64,000 bases of DNA from Gemmatimonadaceae bacterium (lineage in GTDB: Bacteria; Gemmatimonadota; Gemmatimonadetes; Gemmatimonadales; Gemmatimonadaceae): positions 384,001 to 448,000 of the forward strand of contig JBJMOW010000005.1 in assembly GCA_045803545.1 (NCBI GenBank), given 5' to 3'. Positions 21,529 to 33,605 of the stretch are shown here, one piece after another; the first letter of the stretch is position 1; every line of letters starts with the position of its first letter. The position numbers and the translations under genes were made by a program. The notes below the pieces were generated by a model. The model was not told the DNA's origin. It saw only the letters and a program-made list of their open reading frames with translations, and ran no database searches.

Positions 21529-23719
21529 TCTTGATGTCGCTCGACAGACGCTCTCGGCGCGCCACTTCTGTCACGCCCTTCACTCGTCTTGCCGCCTTAA
21601 TGATTTTCTGCAGATGCGCGAGATTGCCGACTTCGACCGCCAGCTCGCCGATCACGTGACCGTCAGCGCTATGCAGCTCGAAGCTCCGGATGTCGGTGCC
21701 AGTCGCTGACACCGCGGTGGCGAGGTCCGCGTAAAGCCCGCGCCGATCGGTGGCTTCGAGCGCGAGACGCACCATGAATTTCTCGCCTTCCAGCTCCTTC
21801 CAATCGATCTCCAGCCGTCGCTCCGGCTCCTGGATCAGCATCAACAGATTCGGACAATCCGAGCGGTGAATGCTGACGCCGCGGCCCCTCGTTACATACC
21901 CCACAACCGGGTCGCCGGGCACAGGCTGACAGCATTGGGCGTAGCGAACCATCATTCCGTCGACGCCCTGGATTCGGACGCCCTTGGTGGTTCCGCGAAC
22001 CTTGTCTACGAGCCAATCGAGCGGCCCAGGCTTCGGCGGCTCCGCCGTTCCGTCCGCTTCCGGATACAGCTCCTTCAGCACCTGCGAGACGTTGACGTCG
22101 CCCTGGCCGATCGAAGCGATCAGGTGATTGACGTCCATCAGGCGGAGTGTCTTCGCGACTTTCAGGAGATCGCTGTCCTCGGCCTTCGCGAGACGGCGCC
22201 GCTTGATCTCGCGCTCCAGAATCTCGCGCCCAAGCTTGATCGAGGTGTGATGCTCTTCGATGCGCAGCCGTTGCCGGATCTTGTGCCGCGCTCGCCCCGT
22301 GCGCACGTGCGCCAACCAGTCTCTGCTCGGCTTCGCCGACGGCGATGTGATGATCTCTACCGTCTCCGAGTTCTTGAGCTCGCGCGCCAGACTGCCGATG
22401 CGGCCGTTGATGCGCGCGCCTTGGCAATGGAGGCCGACTTCCGTATGAACCGCAAATGCAAAGTCGATTGGCGTCGCGCCCTTCGGCAGCTGAATCACAT
22501 CGCCAGTCGGAGTGAATACGAAGATCTCGTCCTGATAGAGATCGAGCTTGAGGAATTCGAGGAACTCATCGGGCGTCTTCGCGTCGAGCTGCAGCTCCAA
22601 CACCTGGCGGAACCACTGCAATTGGCGATCGAGCTCGTCGGCGCTCTTTCCGGAATCTTCCTTGAACCGCCAGTGCGCGGCGATGCCGTATTCGGCGGTG
22701 CGGTGCATTTCACGCGTGCGAATCTGGATCTCAAAAAGCTGGCTGCCCGGGCCGAACACCGTCGTGTGGAGGGACTGATATCCATTCGACTTCGGCTGCG
22801 CGATGTAGTCCTTGATGCGCTCCTGAAGCGGCGTGAACTGGTCGTGAATGACACCCAGCGCGTGATAACAATCCGGAACTGAATTGACGAGGACGCGCAC
22901 GGCGAGGAGGTCGTAAATCTCCTCGTACGGCTTGTCCCACTTCTTCATCTTCTTCTGAATGGACCAGAGGTGCTTCGGTCGCCCAGTGACATCAACGTCG
23001 GCGATGCCGGCTTTGCGAAGATGATTGTCGAGCGGCTCCTTGAGCTGAGCGATTGATTTCTCTCGCTCGGTGCGACGCGTCGCGACTTTCTTGGCGAGGG
23101 CTTTGTACTCCGCCGGCTCGAGATGCTTGAAGGCAAGATCCTCGAGCTCCCAACGAACACGCGCCATACCGAAGCGGTGCGCGAGCGGCGCATACAAGTC
23201 GCGCGTCTCCGTTGCAATGCGCTTCTGCCGATCGGCCGGCAGGAACTCGAGCGTGCGCATGTTGTGTAGTCGATCGGCGAGCTTGATCAGAATGACGCGC
23301 GCGTCCTTGGCGATCGACAGCAGGAGCTTGCGATAATTCTCGACCTGCCGTTCCTGAGAGGAATTGAGCGGCAGGTGACCGATCTTGGTCAGGCCATCGA
23401 CGATTTCGGCGATCTCGCGACCGAACTCGGCTTCGATGTCGTCGACAGTGACGTTGGTGTCTTCGACGACGTCGTGAATCAACCCGCTGGCAACGGTGGT
23501 TGAATCCAGCTGCAGATCCACCAGGATCTTGGCGACTTCGACGCAGTGCGAGACGTACTTGTCACCGGACAAGCGTTTCTGGCCTTCGTGGGCCTTCTCG
23601 CTAAACCGGTAGGCGCGCGTCAAAAGGTCCCGATCGAGGCGATCGGGCAGCCCTGCCTTTAACCACTCGGGAAGGGTGTCCTTCTCCGATTCCTTCTCTC
23701 TTACAGCACCTGCGGTCAA
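21509..23719 (-). CDS. rel: Bifunctional (p)ppGpp synthetase/hydrolase (long RSH)
   Basis: Intact HD (HDVVEDT), [36 protein letters not shown]. Confidence 0.96.
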
Positions 23720-24399
23720 AGCAGTCCTGCCTCCGCGAAGCTTATGTAGCGCCCCCTACCGATAATAACGTGATCCTGCACTGGTATGTCGAGTAGTTTG
23801 CCTGCCTGCACAAGCTGCTCAGTTACTACCCGGTCGTCGGGTGAAGGTGTCGGATCCCCACTGGGGTGATTGTGGACCAGAATTATTGCTGCCGCGCGCT
23901 CCGCGATCGCTTCTCTGAAGACTTCCCGCGGATGTACGAGCGACGAGTTGAGGAGGCCGCGCGTTACGGTGATGTCGCGCTCGAGGCGGTGCTGTGAATC
24001 GAGCACGGCGACGTGGAACTCCTCGACCGGCAGATCTTCCAGGCGTTGCGCGAAGATTTCGTAGACGTCGCGCGGCCAGCGCACCGGGGCGCCTTCCTGC
24101 CGCTCTTCCGCCGCCATGCGCCTTCCCAACTCGAGCGCGGCGTGGATACAAACAGCACGAGCCGTACCTACTCCACGGACGCTGGTGAGAGTCGCAACAG
24201 GTTGCGACGCCAGAAGGCGGAGCGAGCCGCGGCACGTCGAAAGAATCTCCTGGCCAATGCCAAGGCTGGATCGACCCTCCGACCCCGAGCCAAGCAAAAT
24301 CGCCAGTAGCTCGCTCGAGCTCAGTGCGTGCGCGCCGTGGCTTCTTAGCCGTTCACGCGGCCGCTCGGCGGCGGGAAGCTCTCGTATTGCCAATGACAC
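23716..24399 (-). CDS. radC: RadC/JAB-domain protein
   Basis: ERPRERL, VHPREVF, HNHPSGDPTPS, DHVIIG; start trimmed to GTG 24399 with AGGAG. Confidence 0.95.
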   Translation of the reverse strand: MSLAIRELPAAERPRERLRSHGAHALSSSELLAILLGSGSEGRSSLGIGQEILSTCRGSLRLLASQPVATLTSVRGVGTARAVCIHAALELGRRMAAEERQEGAPVRWPRDVYEIFAQRLEDLPVEEFHVAVLDSQHRLERDITVTRGLLNSSLVHPREVFREAIAERAAAIILVHNHPSGDPTPSPDDRVVTEQLVQAGKLLDIPVQDHVIIGRGRYISFAEAGLL

Positions 24400-24494
24400 T
24401 CTTTCTCCTTGTTTCGGATTCGAGAGTGTCGCGCTGCGGCACGGCGGGGCTGCCACCCGCCGTAGGCAGACATCATCAGCGCGCTGCCGCCGGG

Positions 24495-24660
24495 CATCCA
24501 CGAAACTAAAGCCGGGAGCTACCAGTTTGGGAGCAGCTTAGCGCCGAGCCCAATTTGATTTCTTTTTCTGGGCGAAGATCTAGATGTGAGCGTGCTTTCA
24601 ACCAAGCTGGGCGCTAAACAGCTCCCAAGCTGGGAGCTCCGGGCTTTGGTTTACTGGATG
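24495..24660. repeat. Long imperfect inverted-repeat element, copy 2 (REPIN/MITE-like)
   Basis: Arms 24503-24549 and 24606-24652 are complementary at 40 of 47 positions (hand count), plus outer catcca/tggatg; homologous to copy 1. Confidence 0.88.
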
Positions 24661-24685
24661 GCAGTCGAAGTCGCCGCGATTCAGA

Positions 24686-28024
<3,339 letters not shown>

Positions 28025-28037
28025 CGACCCATCTACC

Positions 28038-28640
28038 TCAAGCGTCGCGCGACCTATAAAGCCGTCGCGACGCGATGAATTTCTCAACACTTTCCGGCAC
28101 GAATCCCCTGATGGATTTGCCGTCGGCCAATCTCTGCCTGATTTCCGTCGACGAGACATCAACCTGCCGCGTCGACAACGTCTCAACTCCCGTGCGCTTT
28201 ACCGACGGGTCGGAGGTCTTTGTCCCCCCTCTCGGTTTCGCCCGAAACATCACGGCGAGTGTCGCCAGCTCACGAATCCGCTCCGGTTTTCTCCAGCTGT
28301 CGAAGCTCGCGAGCGAGTCCTCGCCAAGCAGAAGGAATAGCTGCGATCCCTCAAAGCGGACGCTCAACCCCTCTAAAGTGTCAACGGTGAAAGATAACCC
28401 CTCACGACTGATTTCTGCGTCATCCACCGAGTAGCGCGAGTCTCCCGCAATCGCGAGTCGCACCATCTCCAGGCGCTCCGCTGCACTGGCGATAGCGGGC
28501 CGATCGACCTTTAGCGGTTGCGCATGCGCGGGGACGAAAAAAAGCCTGTCCAGCCGGAGCGCTTCGAACGCATCGGCAGCGAGGATCAGGTGGCCGATGT
28601 GGGGAGGATCGAAGGTGCCGCCGAAGACCCCAATCCTCAC
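28038..28640 (-). CDS. nadD: Nicotinate-nucleotide adenylyltransferase
   Basis: GGTFDPPHIGH, SFTVDTL, VSSTEIR. Confidence 0.96.
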   Translation of the reverse strand: MRIGVFGGTFDPPHIGHLILAADAFEALRLDRLFFVPAHAQPLKVDRPAIASAAERLEMVRLAIAGDSRYSVDDAEISREGLSFTVDTLEGLSVRFEGSQLFLLLGEDSLASFDSWRKPERIRELATLAVMFRAKPRGGTKTSDPSVKRTGVETLSTRQVDVSSTEIRQRLADGKSIRGFVPESVEKFIASRRLYRSRDA

Positions 28641-28641
28641 G

Positions 28642-29427
28642 CTAAGTCGCTGGCGTTGCCGGCGCGGGACCGCACCCGTCGCTTACCTCGCGATCGCCGG
28701 GATACGCTTTTCGCATTGCGTCGCAGAGATCGCGCGCATCCTCCGTGTATTTGATCGTGCGATAGGCTTCGAGCAATCGCAAATACGCGTCGCGGGTCTT
28801 CGGCGCGTTGGGATGAAGGCGGATGACGTCCTTGAAATAGATGATCGCCGAGTCGAAGGCCTTCCGTTTCAGGTACAAGTAGCCGGTGTCGTAATCCTTC
28901 TCGGCGAACCACTCGTCCAGTCTCCCCAACTCTGTCTTGGCGCGCGCCGAGTACGGCGAATCGGGAAAGCTCGTGAGCAGCGACTCGAACGCCGTCACGG
29001 CCGATTTTCCGTACGTCGCATCGAGCTGCGGCTTCCGCCACTCGTGCTGATACGCCTTCCCCGACAAGAAGAACGCATCATCGACAAGTGTGTCCTGCGG
29101 AAACGCATCTATCAGACGGTTGTACGTTCCTGCCGCGAGCAAGTACTCGCCTTGCTTCGTCTGCGACTGCGCCAGGTAGTAGTACGAGAGCGGCAGCCTA
29201 GGATCGCGCGCCGTCAGTTGCAGTGTCAGCTGCTCGAACGCCTTGGTCGCGTTGTCGTAGCGGCCGGCCTTGTATTCGGCCATGGCAACCTGCCACAGCT
29301 TGTCGGGCTCAGGATATGTCTTGACGTTGAAAGCAGCCTTGCAAGCGAGCGGTGCGACGAGCAGCAACAACGCCAGCCAAAATGATTTTCTATTGAACAT
29401 CCGATTGTTTATTACCCTCTGCGACAT
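28642..29427 (-). CDS. bamD: Outer-membrane protein assembly factor BamD (lipoprotein; start may be 29400)
   Basis: Lipobox PLAC, TPR pattern, AFESLLTSFPDSPY, AEKDYDTGYLYLKRK. Confidence 0.88.
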   Translation of the reverse strand: MSQRVINNRMFNRKSFWLALLLLVAPLACKAAFNVKTYPEPDKLWQVAMAEYKAGRYDNATKAFEQLTLQLTARDPRLPLSYYYLAQSQTKQGEYLLAAGTYNRLIDAFPQDTLVDDAFFLSGKAYQHEWRKPQLDATYGKSAVTAFESLLTSFPDSPYSARAKTELGRLDEWFAEKDYDTGYLYLKRKAFDSAIIYFKDVIRLHPNAPKTRDAYLRLLEAYRTIKYTEDARDLCDAMRKAYPGDREVSDGCGPAPATPAT

Positions 29428-29441
29428 AGCGGGTTCATCCG

Positions 29442-30782
29442 CTATGCCGTGGCGTAGGATCCTGCCGAAGCGAGCGAAACGATTCGTCCCTTACCCTTCG
29501 CAAGTTTGGCGGTGGCGTTTCTGGAATCCACCACGACCTTGGCGAGGTGAACTACGCGCTGATAGTCGATTTTGGTGTGGTCGGTAACGATGACGACCGC
29601 GTCGGCCTTGGTCAGCTCGTCGTCGGTGAGAGGAACGCTGGCATGCTCGTGTCCGTCCTCGCGGAACTTTGCCACGTACGGATCGTGGTAGCGCACTTCC
29701 GCGCCCTGTTGCTCGAGCAGGCGAATCACATCCAGCGCCGGACTCTCGCGCATGTCGTCGATGTCCTTTTTGTAAGCGACACCCAGAACCAGAACTTGGC
29801 TTCCATTCACTGCCTTCCGCTCCTCGTTGAGCGCTTGCGCCACCTTGCGCACTACGAGCGCCGGCATCTCACTGTTGATCTCACTGGCCAGGTCGATGAA
29901 GCGTGTCTTGTAGTTCAGCGTCCGCATCTTCCACGCGAGGTAGTGCGGATCGAGCGGAATACAATGGCCGCCGATGCCAGGGCCCGGCGTGAATTTCATG
30001 AATCCGAACGGCTTGGTGGCAGCTGCGTCGATGACTTCCCAGATGTTCACGCCCAGTTTGTCACAAACGATCGCCATCTCGTTTACCAGACCGATGTTCA
30101 CCGAGCGGAAAGTGTTCTCCAGCAGCTTGACCAGCTCCGCCGTCTCAGTGCTCGAGACCGGTACCAGCGTTTCGAGACAAGTTGCGTAAAGCGCCGTCGC
30201 CACTTCAGTGCAGTTCGGCGTGATTCCGCCGACGATCTTGGGCGTGTTCTTGGTGTTCCACTTCGGATTGCCGGGATCGACGCGCTCGGGGCTGAATGCA
30301 AGAAAAACGTCCTCGCCGACCGTCAGACCCGCCGCCTCGAGCTTGGGCTGCAGCATCTCACGAGTCGTCCCCGGATAGGTCGTGCTCTCCAGAACCACAA
30401 CGATTCCAGGCCGGCAATTCCTGCCGATCGCGTCGGCGGCTGCGATCACGAAGCCCATGTCGGGATCGCGCGTCTTCGCCAGCGGAGTGGGCACAGCGAT
30501 CGAGATTGCGTCCATCTCCTGCATCCGCTTCTCGTCCTTCGTTGCCTCGAACTTACCCGCCTTCACCAGCTTCGACAGCTCCTCACTCGGCACATCCTGA
30601 ATGTGCGATTTGCCCGACATCAGCGTCTTTACAACCCGCTCGCTGACATCGTAGCCAATGACCTTGAAGCCTGCCTTGGCGAATTCCAGCGCCAGCGGAA
30701 GTCCGACATATCCCAGTCCGACAACGCCAATGCACGCGGTTCTGTTTTCGATCTTTGAAAGGAGCTGATCTTTTAATTGCAA
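29442..30782 (-). CDS. UDP-N-acetyl-hexosamine 6-dehydrogenase (WbpA-like)
   Basis: GLGYVGLPLA, ESTTYPGTT, SPERVDPGN, GIGGHCIP, GVAYKKDIDDMRESP. Confidence 0.92.
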   Translation of the reverse strand: MQLKDQLLSKIENRTACIGVVGLGYVGLPLALEFAKAGFKVIGYDVSERVVKTLMSGKSHIQDVPSEELSKLVKAGKFEATKDEKRMQEMDAISIAVPTPLAKTRDPDMGFVIAAADAIGRNCRPGIVVVLESTTYPGTTREMLQPKLEAAGLTVGEDVFLAFSPERVDPGNPKWNTKNTPKIVGGITPNCTEVATALYATCLETLVPVSSTETAELVKLLENTFRSVNIGLVNEMAIVCDKLGVNIWEVIDAAATKPFGFMKFTPGPGIGGHCIPLDPHYLAWKMRTLNYKTRFIDLASEINSEMPALVVRKVAQALNEERKAVNGSQVLVLGVAYKKDIDDMRESPALDVIRLLEQQGAEVRYHDPYVAKFREDGHEHASVPLTDDELTKADAVVIVTDHTKIDYQRVVHLAKVVVDSRNATAKLAKGKGRIVSLASAGSYATA

Positions 30783-30821
30783 TTGTCGCTCGACGGGTGA
30801 ATGGGAAAAAGGAGCTTGGTT

Positions 30822-31934
30822 TTAGCGGCCGTAAAAACTGCGCACAGCGTCAATGACTTCGTCCAGCTGCGACTGCTGCAGCTCGGGAAAAATCGGTATT
30901 GAAATCGCTTCCTGCGAAGCTCTCTCGCTCTCCGGCAATGCACCGCGCTTGTAGCCGAGATACTCGAAGCAGGGTTGCAAGTGAAGTGAAAGCGGGTAAT
31001 AAACCGCAGTGCCGATCTCTCGGTCCTTTAGATGGGCCTGCAGACCATCACGCTTGGCAACGCGCAGCGTGTACTGGTTGTAGATCGATTCGTTGGCCGG
31101 GTCGATTGTCGGCGTGCGCACATCGTCCAGGTCGGCAAATGCTTTGTTGTAGTACTCGGCGTTCTTGCGGCGCGCGGCACTCCACGAGGCGAGGCTCGGC
31201 ATCTTCGCGCCAAGGATTGCTGCCTGAAGGGCGTCGAGACGGCTGTTATAGCCGACTTCTTCGTGGTAATACGTTTTCATTCCACCGTGCACCCGCAACC
31301 GCTTCAAGCGCGTAGCAATCTCGTCATTCTGCGTCACGATCATGCCGCCGTCGCCAAACCCGCCGAGATTCTTCGAAGGAAAGAAGCTGAAGGTGCCGAT
31401 CGTGGCTGCTTCGCCTGCCATCACCCACTTGTCGTCGACCTTTCGACGGGCGCCAATCGCCTGCGCGGCGTCCTCGATTACGGGAACGGTGTCCGCGATA
31501 TCCATAATTGATTCAATCGGCGCCATCTGACCGAACAAATCGACCGGAATGATCGCTTTCGTCGACGGCTTTATCGCTGCGGCAATTGCTTCAGGCGAGA
31601 TGTTGAACGTATCCGGCTCGATATCGACGAAAACCGGCCGCGCGCCTACGTTGTGAACAGCACCAGCGGTCGCGAAGAACGTGAATGGCGTCGTAATGAC
31701 TTCGTCGCCGGCGCCAACGTTTAAGGCCCGCAGACTGAGTAGCAGCGCATCCGTCCCATTTGCGACGCCGATTGCATGACGCGCGTGCGAAAGCAGGGCG
31801 ATTTCGCGCTCCAGCCGCTCGACTGGCTCGCCGAGAATAAACGCCTGCTCGTCGACGACTTTGGACATCGCATTGATGACCGAGTCGCGGATGGTCGCGT
31901 ATTGGGCTTTAAGGTCTAAAAGAGGGACAGCCAT
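30822..31934 (-). CDS. DegT/DnrJ/EryC1/StrS aminotransferase (WbpE-like)
   Basis: NGTDAL, IEDAAQA, SFFPSKNLGGFGDGG, GYNSRLD. Confidence 0.92.
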   Translation of the reverse strand: MAVPLLDLKAQYATIRDSVINAMSKVVDEQAFILGEPVERLEREIALLSHARHAIGVANGTDALLLSLRALNVGAGDEVITTPFTFFATAGAVHNVGARPVFVDIEPDTFNISPEAIAAAIKPSTKAIIPVDLFGQMAPIESIMDIADTVPVIEDAAQAIGARRKVDDKWVMAGEAATIGTFSFFPSKNLGGFGDGGMIVTQNDEIATRLKRLRVHGGMKTYYHEEVGYNSRLDALQAAILGAKMPSLASWSAARRKNAEYYNKAFADLDDVRTPTIDPANESIYNQYTLRVAKRDGLQAHLKDREIGTAVYYPLSLHLQPCFEYLGYKRGALPESERASQEAISIPIFPELQQSQLDEVIDAVRSFYGR

Positions 31935-31989
31935 TGGGGTCGAAAATCGGGTCAAAGCTATGAAGCCGTTAAAGATACAACCTTTCGGC

Positions 31990-33036
31990 TCAGACTTGTG
32001 CCCGAAGTGGTAAGGGGACCTCTCGACCGGTCCTGGCCGACTCGTAAATGCCCAGAATCAGCTCCAAAGACTTCCGACCCGCCCGCCCATCGGTGTCCGG
32101 TTTTGCTTCGCCGCGCAGCACTGCCAGGACGTTTCGATAGTATCCCTGGTGGCCCAGCCCATAAACGTTGGGGGGATTGGTCTCCACTGCCTCGATCAGC
32201 TTGTCGTCATCGTCGTACTCGGCGAACTGCCAGAAGTCCACTTTGTTGACGGCCGTTCCGCCAATCTTCACCGAGCCTTTCTCGCCAAGGATTGTGATCG
32301 AGCCTTCCAGATTGCGCGGGTAGGCCAGCATCGTCACTTCAATCGATCCGAGAGCGCCAGACCGGAATTTGAGCAAGGCAACCCCGGTGTCCTCCGTCTC
32401 GATCCGTCGCGCCAGGGTCGCCGTTTTCGCCATCACGGACTCAACCGGTCCCATCAGCCACTGAATCAAATCGACGTAGTGCGATGCCTGGTTCATGAAA
32501 GCGCCGCCGTCGAACTCCCACGTCCCCCGCCACGGTGCCTGGTCGTAGTACTCTTGCGGCCTTGCCCAATGCACCGTGCAGCTCGCCATGTAAATCCGTC
32601 CAAAGCGATTCTTGTCGATCGCGTGCTTGAGCAATTGGATCGGCGCGTTAAGCCTGTTCTGTTTCACGACGAATAGCTGCACACCGGCCTTGTCGCACGC
32701 CTGGACTAGCGAATCGGCGCCCGTGAGCGAGATCGCCATCGGCTTCTCCATCACCACGTGCTTGCCGGCTTTTGCCGCCGCGATACCCTGATCGGTATGA
32801 AGGCCCGACGGCGTCGCAATCGTGATCACGTCGGCGTTAGTGTCCTTCAGCATTTTCTCGTACGACGAGTAGCACGCGACGCCGCGCTCAGTGGCCGCCT
32901 GCTCGGCCCGCGCCGGATCGACGTCACATACCGCGACCAGCTCGAGACCATCGATTTTCTCGATCGCGTCGAAGTGATTCTTGCTGATGCGACCGCAGCC
33001 GGCCAAGGCAATGCGAAAATTCTTTTCGGAAGACAC
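31990..33036 (-). CDS. Gfo/Idh/MocA NAD-dependent 3-dehydrogenase (WbpB/WlbA-like)
   Basis: GCGRISKNH, EKPMA, VVKQNR, DGGAFMNQASHYVDL. Confidence 0.9.
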   Translation of the reverse strand: MSSEKNFRIALAGCGRISKNHFDAIEKIDGLELVAVCDVDPARAEQAATERGVACYSSYEKMLKDTNADVITIATPSGLHTDQGIAAAKAGKHVVMEKPMAISLTGADSLVQACDKAGVQLFVVKQNRLNAPIQLLKHAIDKNRFGRIYMASCTVHWARPQEYYDQAPWRGTWEFDGGAFMNQASHYVDLIQWLMGPVESVMAKTATLARRIETEDTGVALLKFRSGALGSIEVTMLAYPRNLEGSITILGEKGSVKIGGTAVNKVDFWQFAEYDDDDKLIEAVETNPPNVYGLGHQGYYRNVLAVLRGEAKPDTDGRAGRKSLELILGIYESARTGREVPLPLRAQV

Positions 33037-33605
33037 TATGACGCTCTCCGCAATCGATCTCCGTCCAGCTTATAGCGCGTGCCACAGACCTTGCACGCTT
33101 CCGGATTCTTGTCAGCCAATCGCTCGCCACACTGACACATCCAGCCGACTCTCCGCGCCGGCACCCCAAGCATCAGCGCGTAGGCAGCGACATCCTTTGT
33201 TACGACGCTTCCCGCTCCCACAAATGCGTACTCCTCGAGCGTCACGCCGCACACGATCGTTGCGTTCGCGCCGATCGTCGCACCGCGGCGAACCAGTGTC
33301 TGTTTGTACTCGTTCTTGCGCGAGACATGACTGCGCGGATTGACAACGTTGGTGAAGACCATGGATGGTCCGCAAAACACGTCGTCCTCCAGGATGACGC
33401 CTTCGTAGACCGAGACATTGTTCTGGATCTTCACGTTGTTGCCGATGCGCACGCCGTTCATCACTACCACGTTCTGACCGAGCGAACACCGCTCACCGAT
33501 CACCGCTCCACCGAGCACGTGACAGAAGTGCCAGACTTTTGTGTCGTTCCCGATCTGCGCGCCCTCGTCGACGAACGCAGATTCGTGAATGAACGCCTTG
33601 GCCAT
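33036..33605 (-). CDS. Hexapeptide-repeat N-acetyltransferase (WbpD/WlbB-like)
   Basis: [37 protein letters not shown]-terminal CxC...CxxC. Confidence 0.92.
   Translation of the reverse strand: MAKAFIHESAFVDEGAQIGNDTKVWHFCHVLGGAVIGERCSLGQNVVVMNGVRIGNNVKIQNNVSVYEGVILEDDVFCGPSMVFTNVVNPRSHVSRKNEYKQTLVRRGATIGANATIVCGVTLEEYAFVGAGSVVTKDVAAYALMLGVPARRVGWMCQCGERLADKNPEACKVCGTRYKLDGDRLRRAS

Noticed and set aside
23716..24399. RadC/JAB as part of a defence or mobile system
   Set aside because: Full-length chromosomal type in housekeeping context with no CBASS, E1/E2 ubiquitin-like or mobile genes nearby.
28025..28186. N-terminal extensions in the ORF track (secA, epimerase, sirC, radC, E1a, E1b, E2, rpoA)
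   Set aside because: They overlap upstream genes or precede the family-typical start; internal starts with an SD or stop/start overlap fit better.
29425..29446. 8-bp stem catagcgg/ccgctatg between the sugar dehydrogenase and bamD
   Set aside because: Short, no U-tract, plausible by chance in GC-rich DNA.
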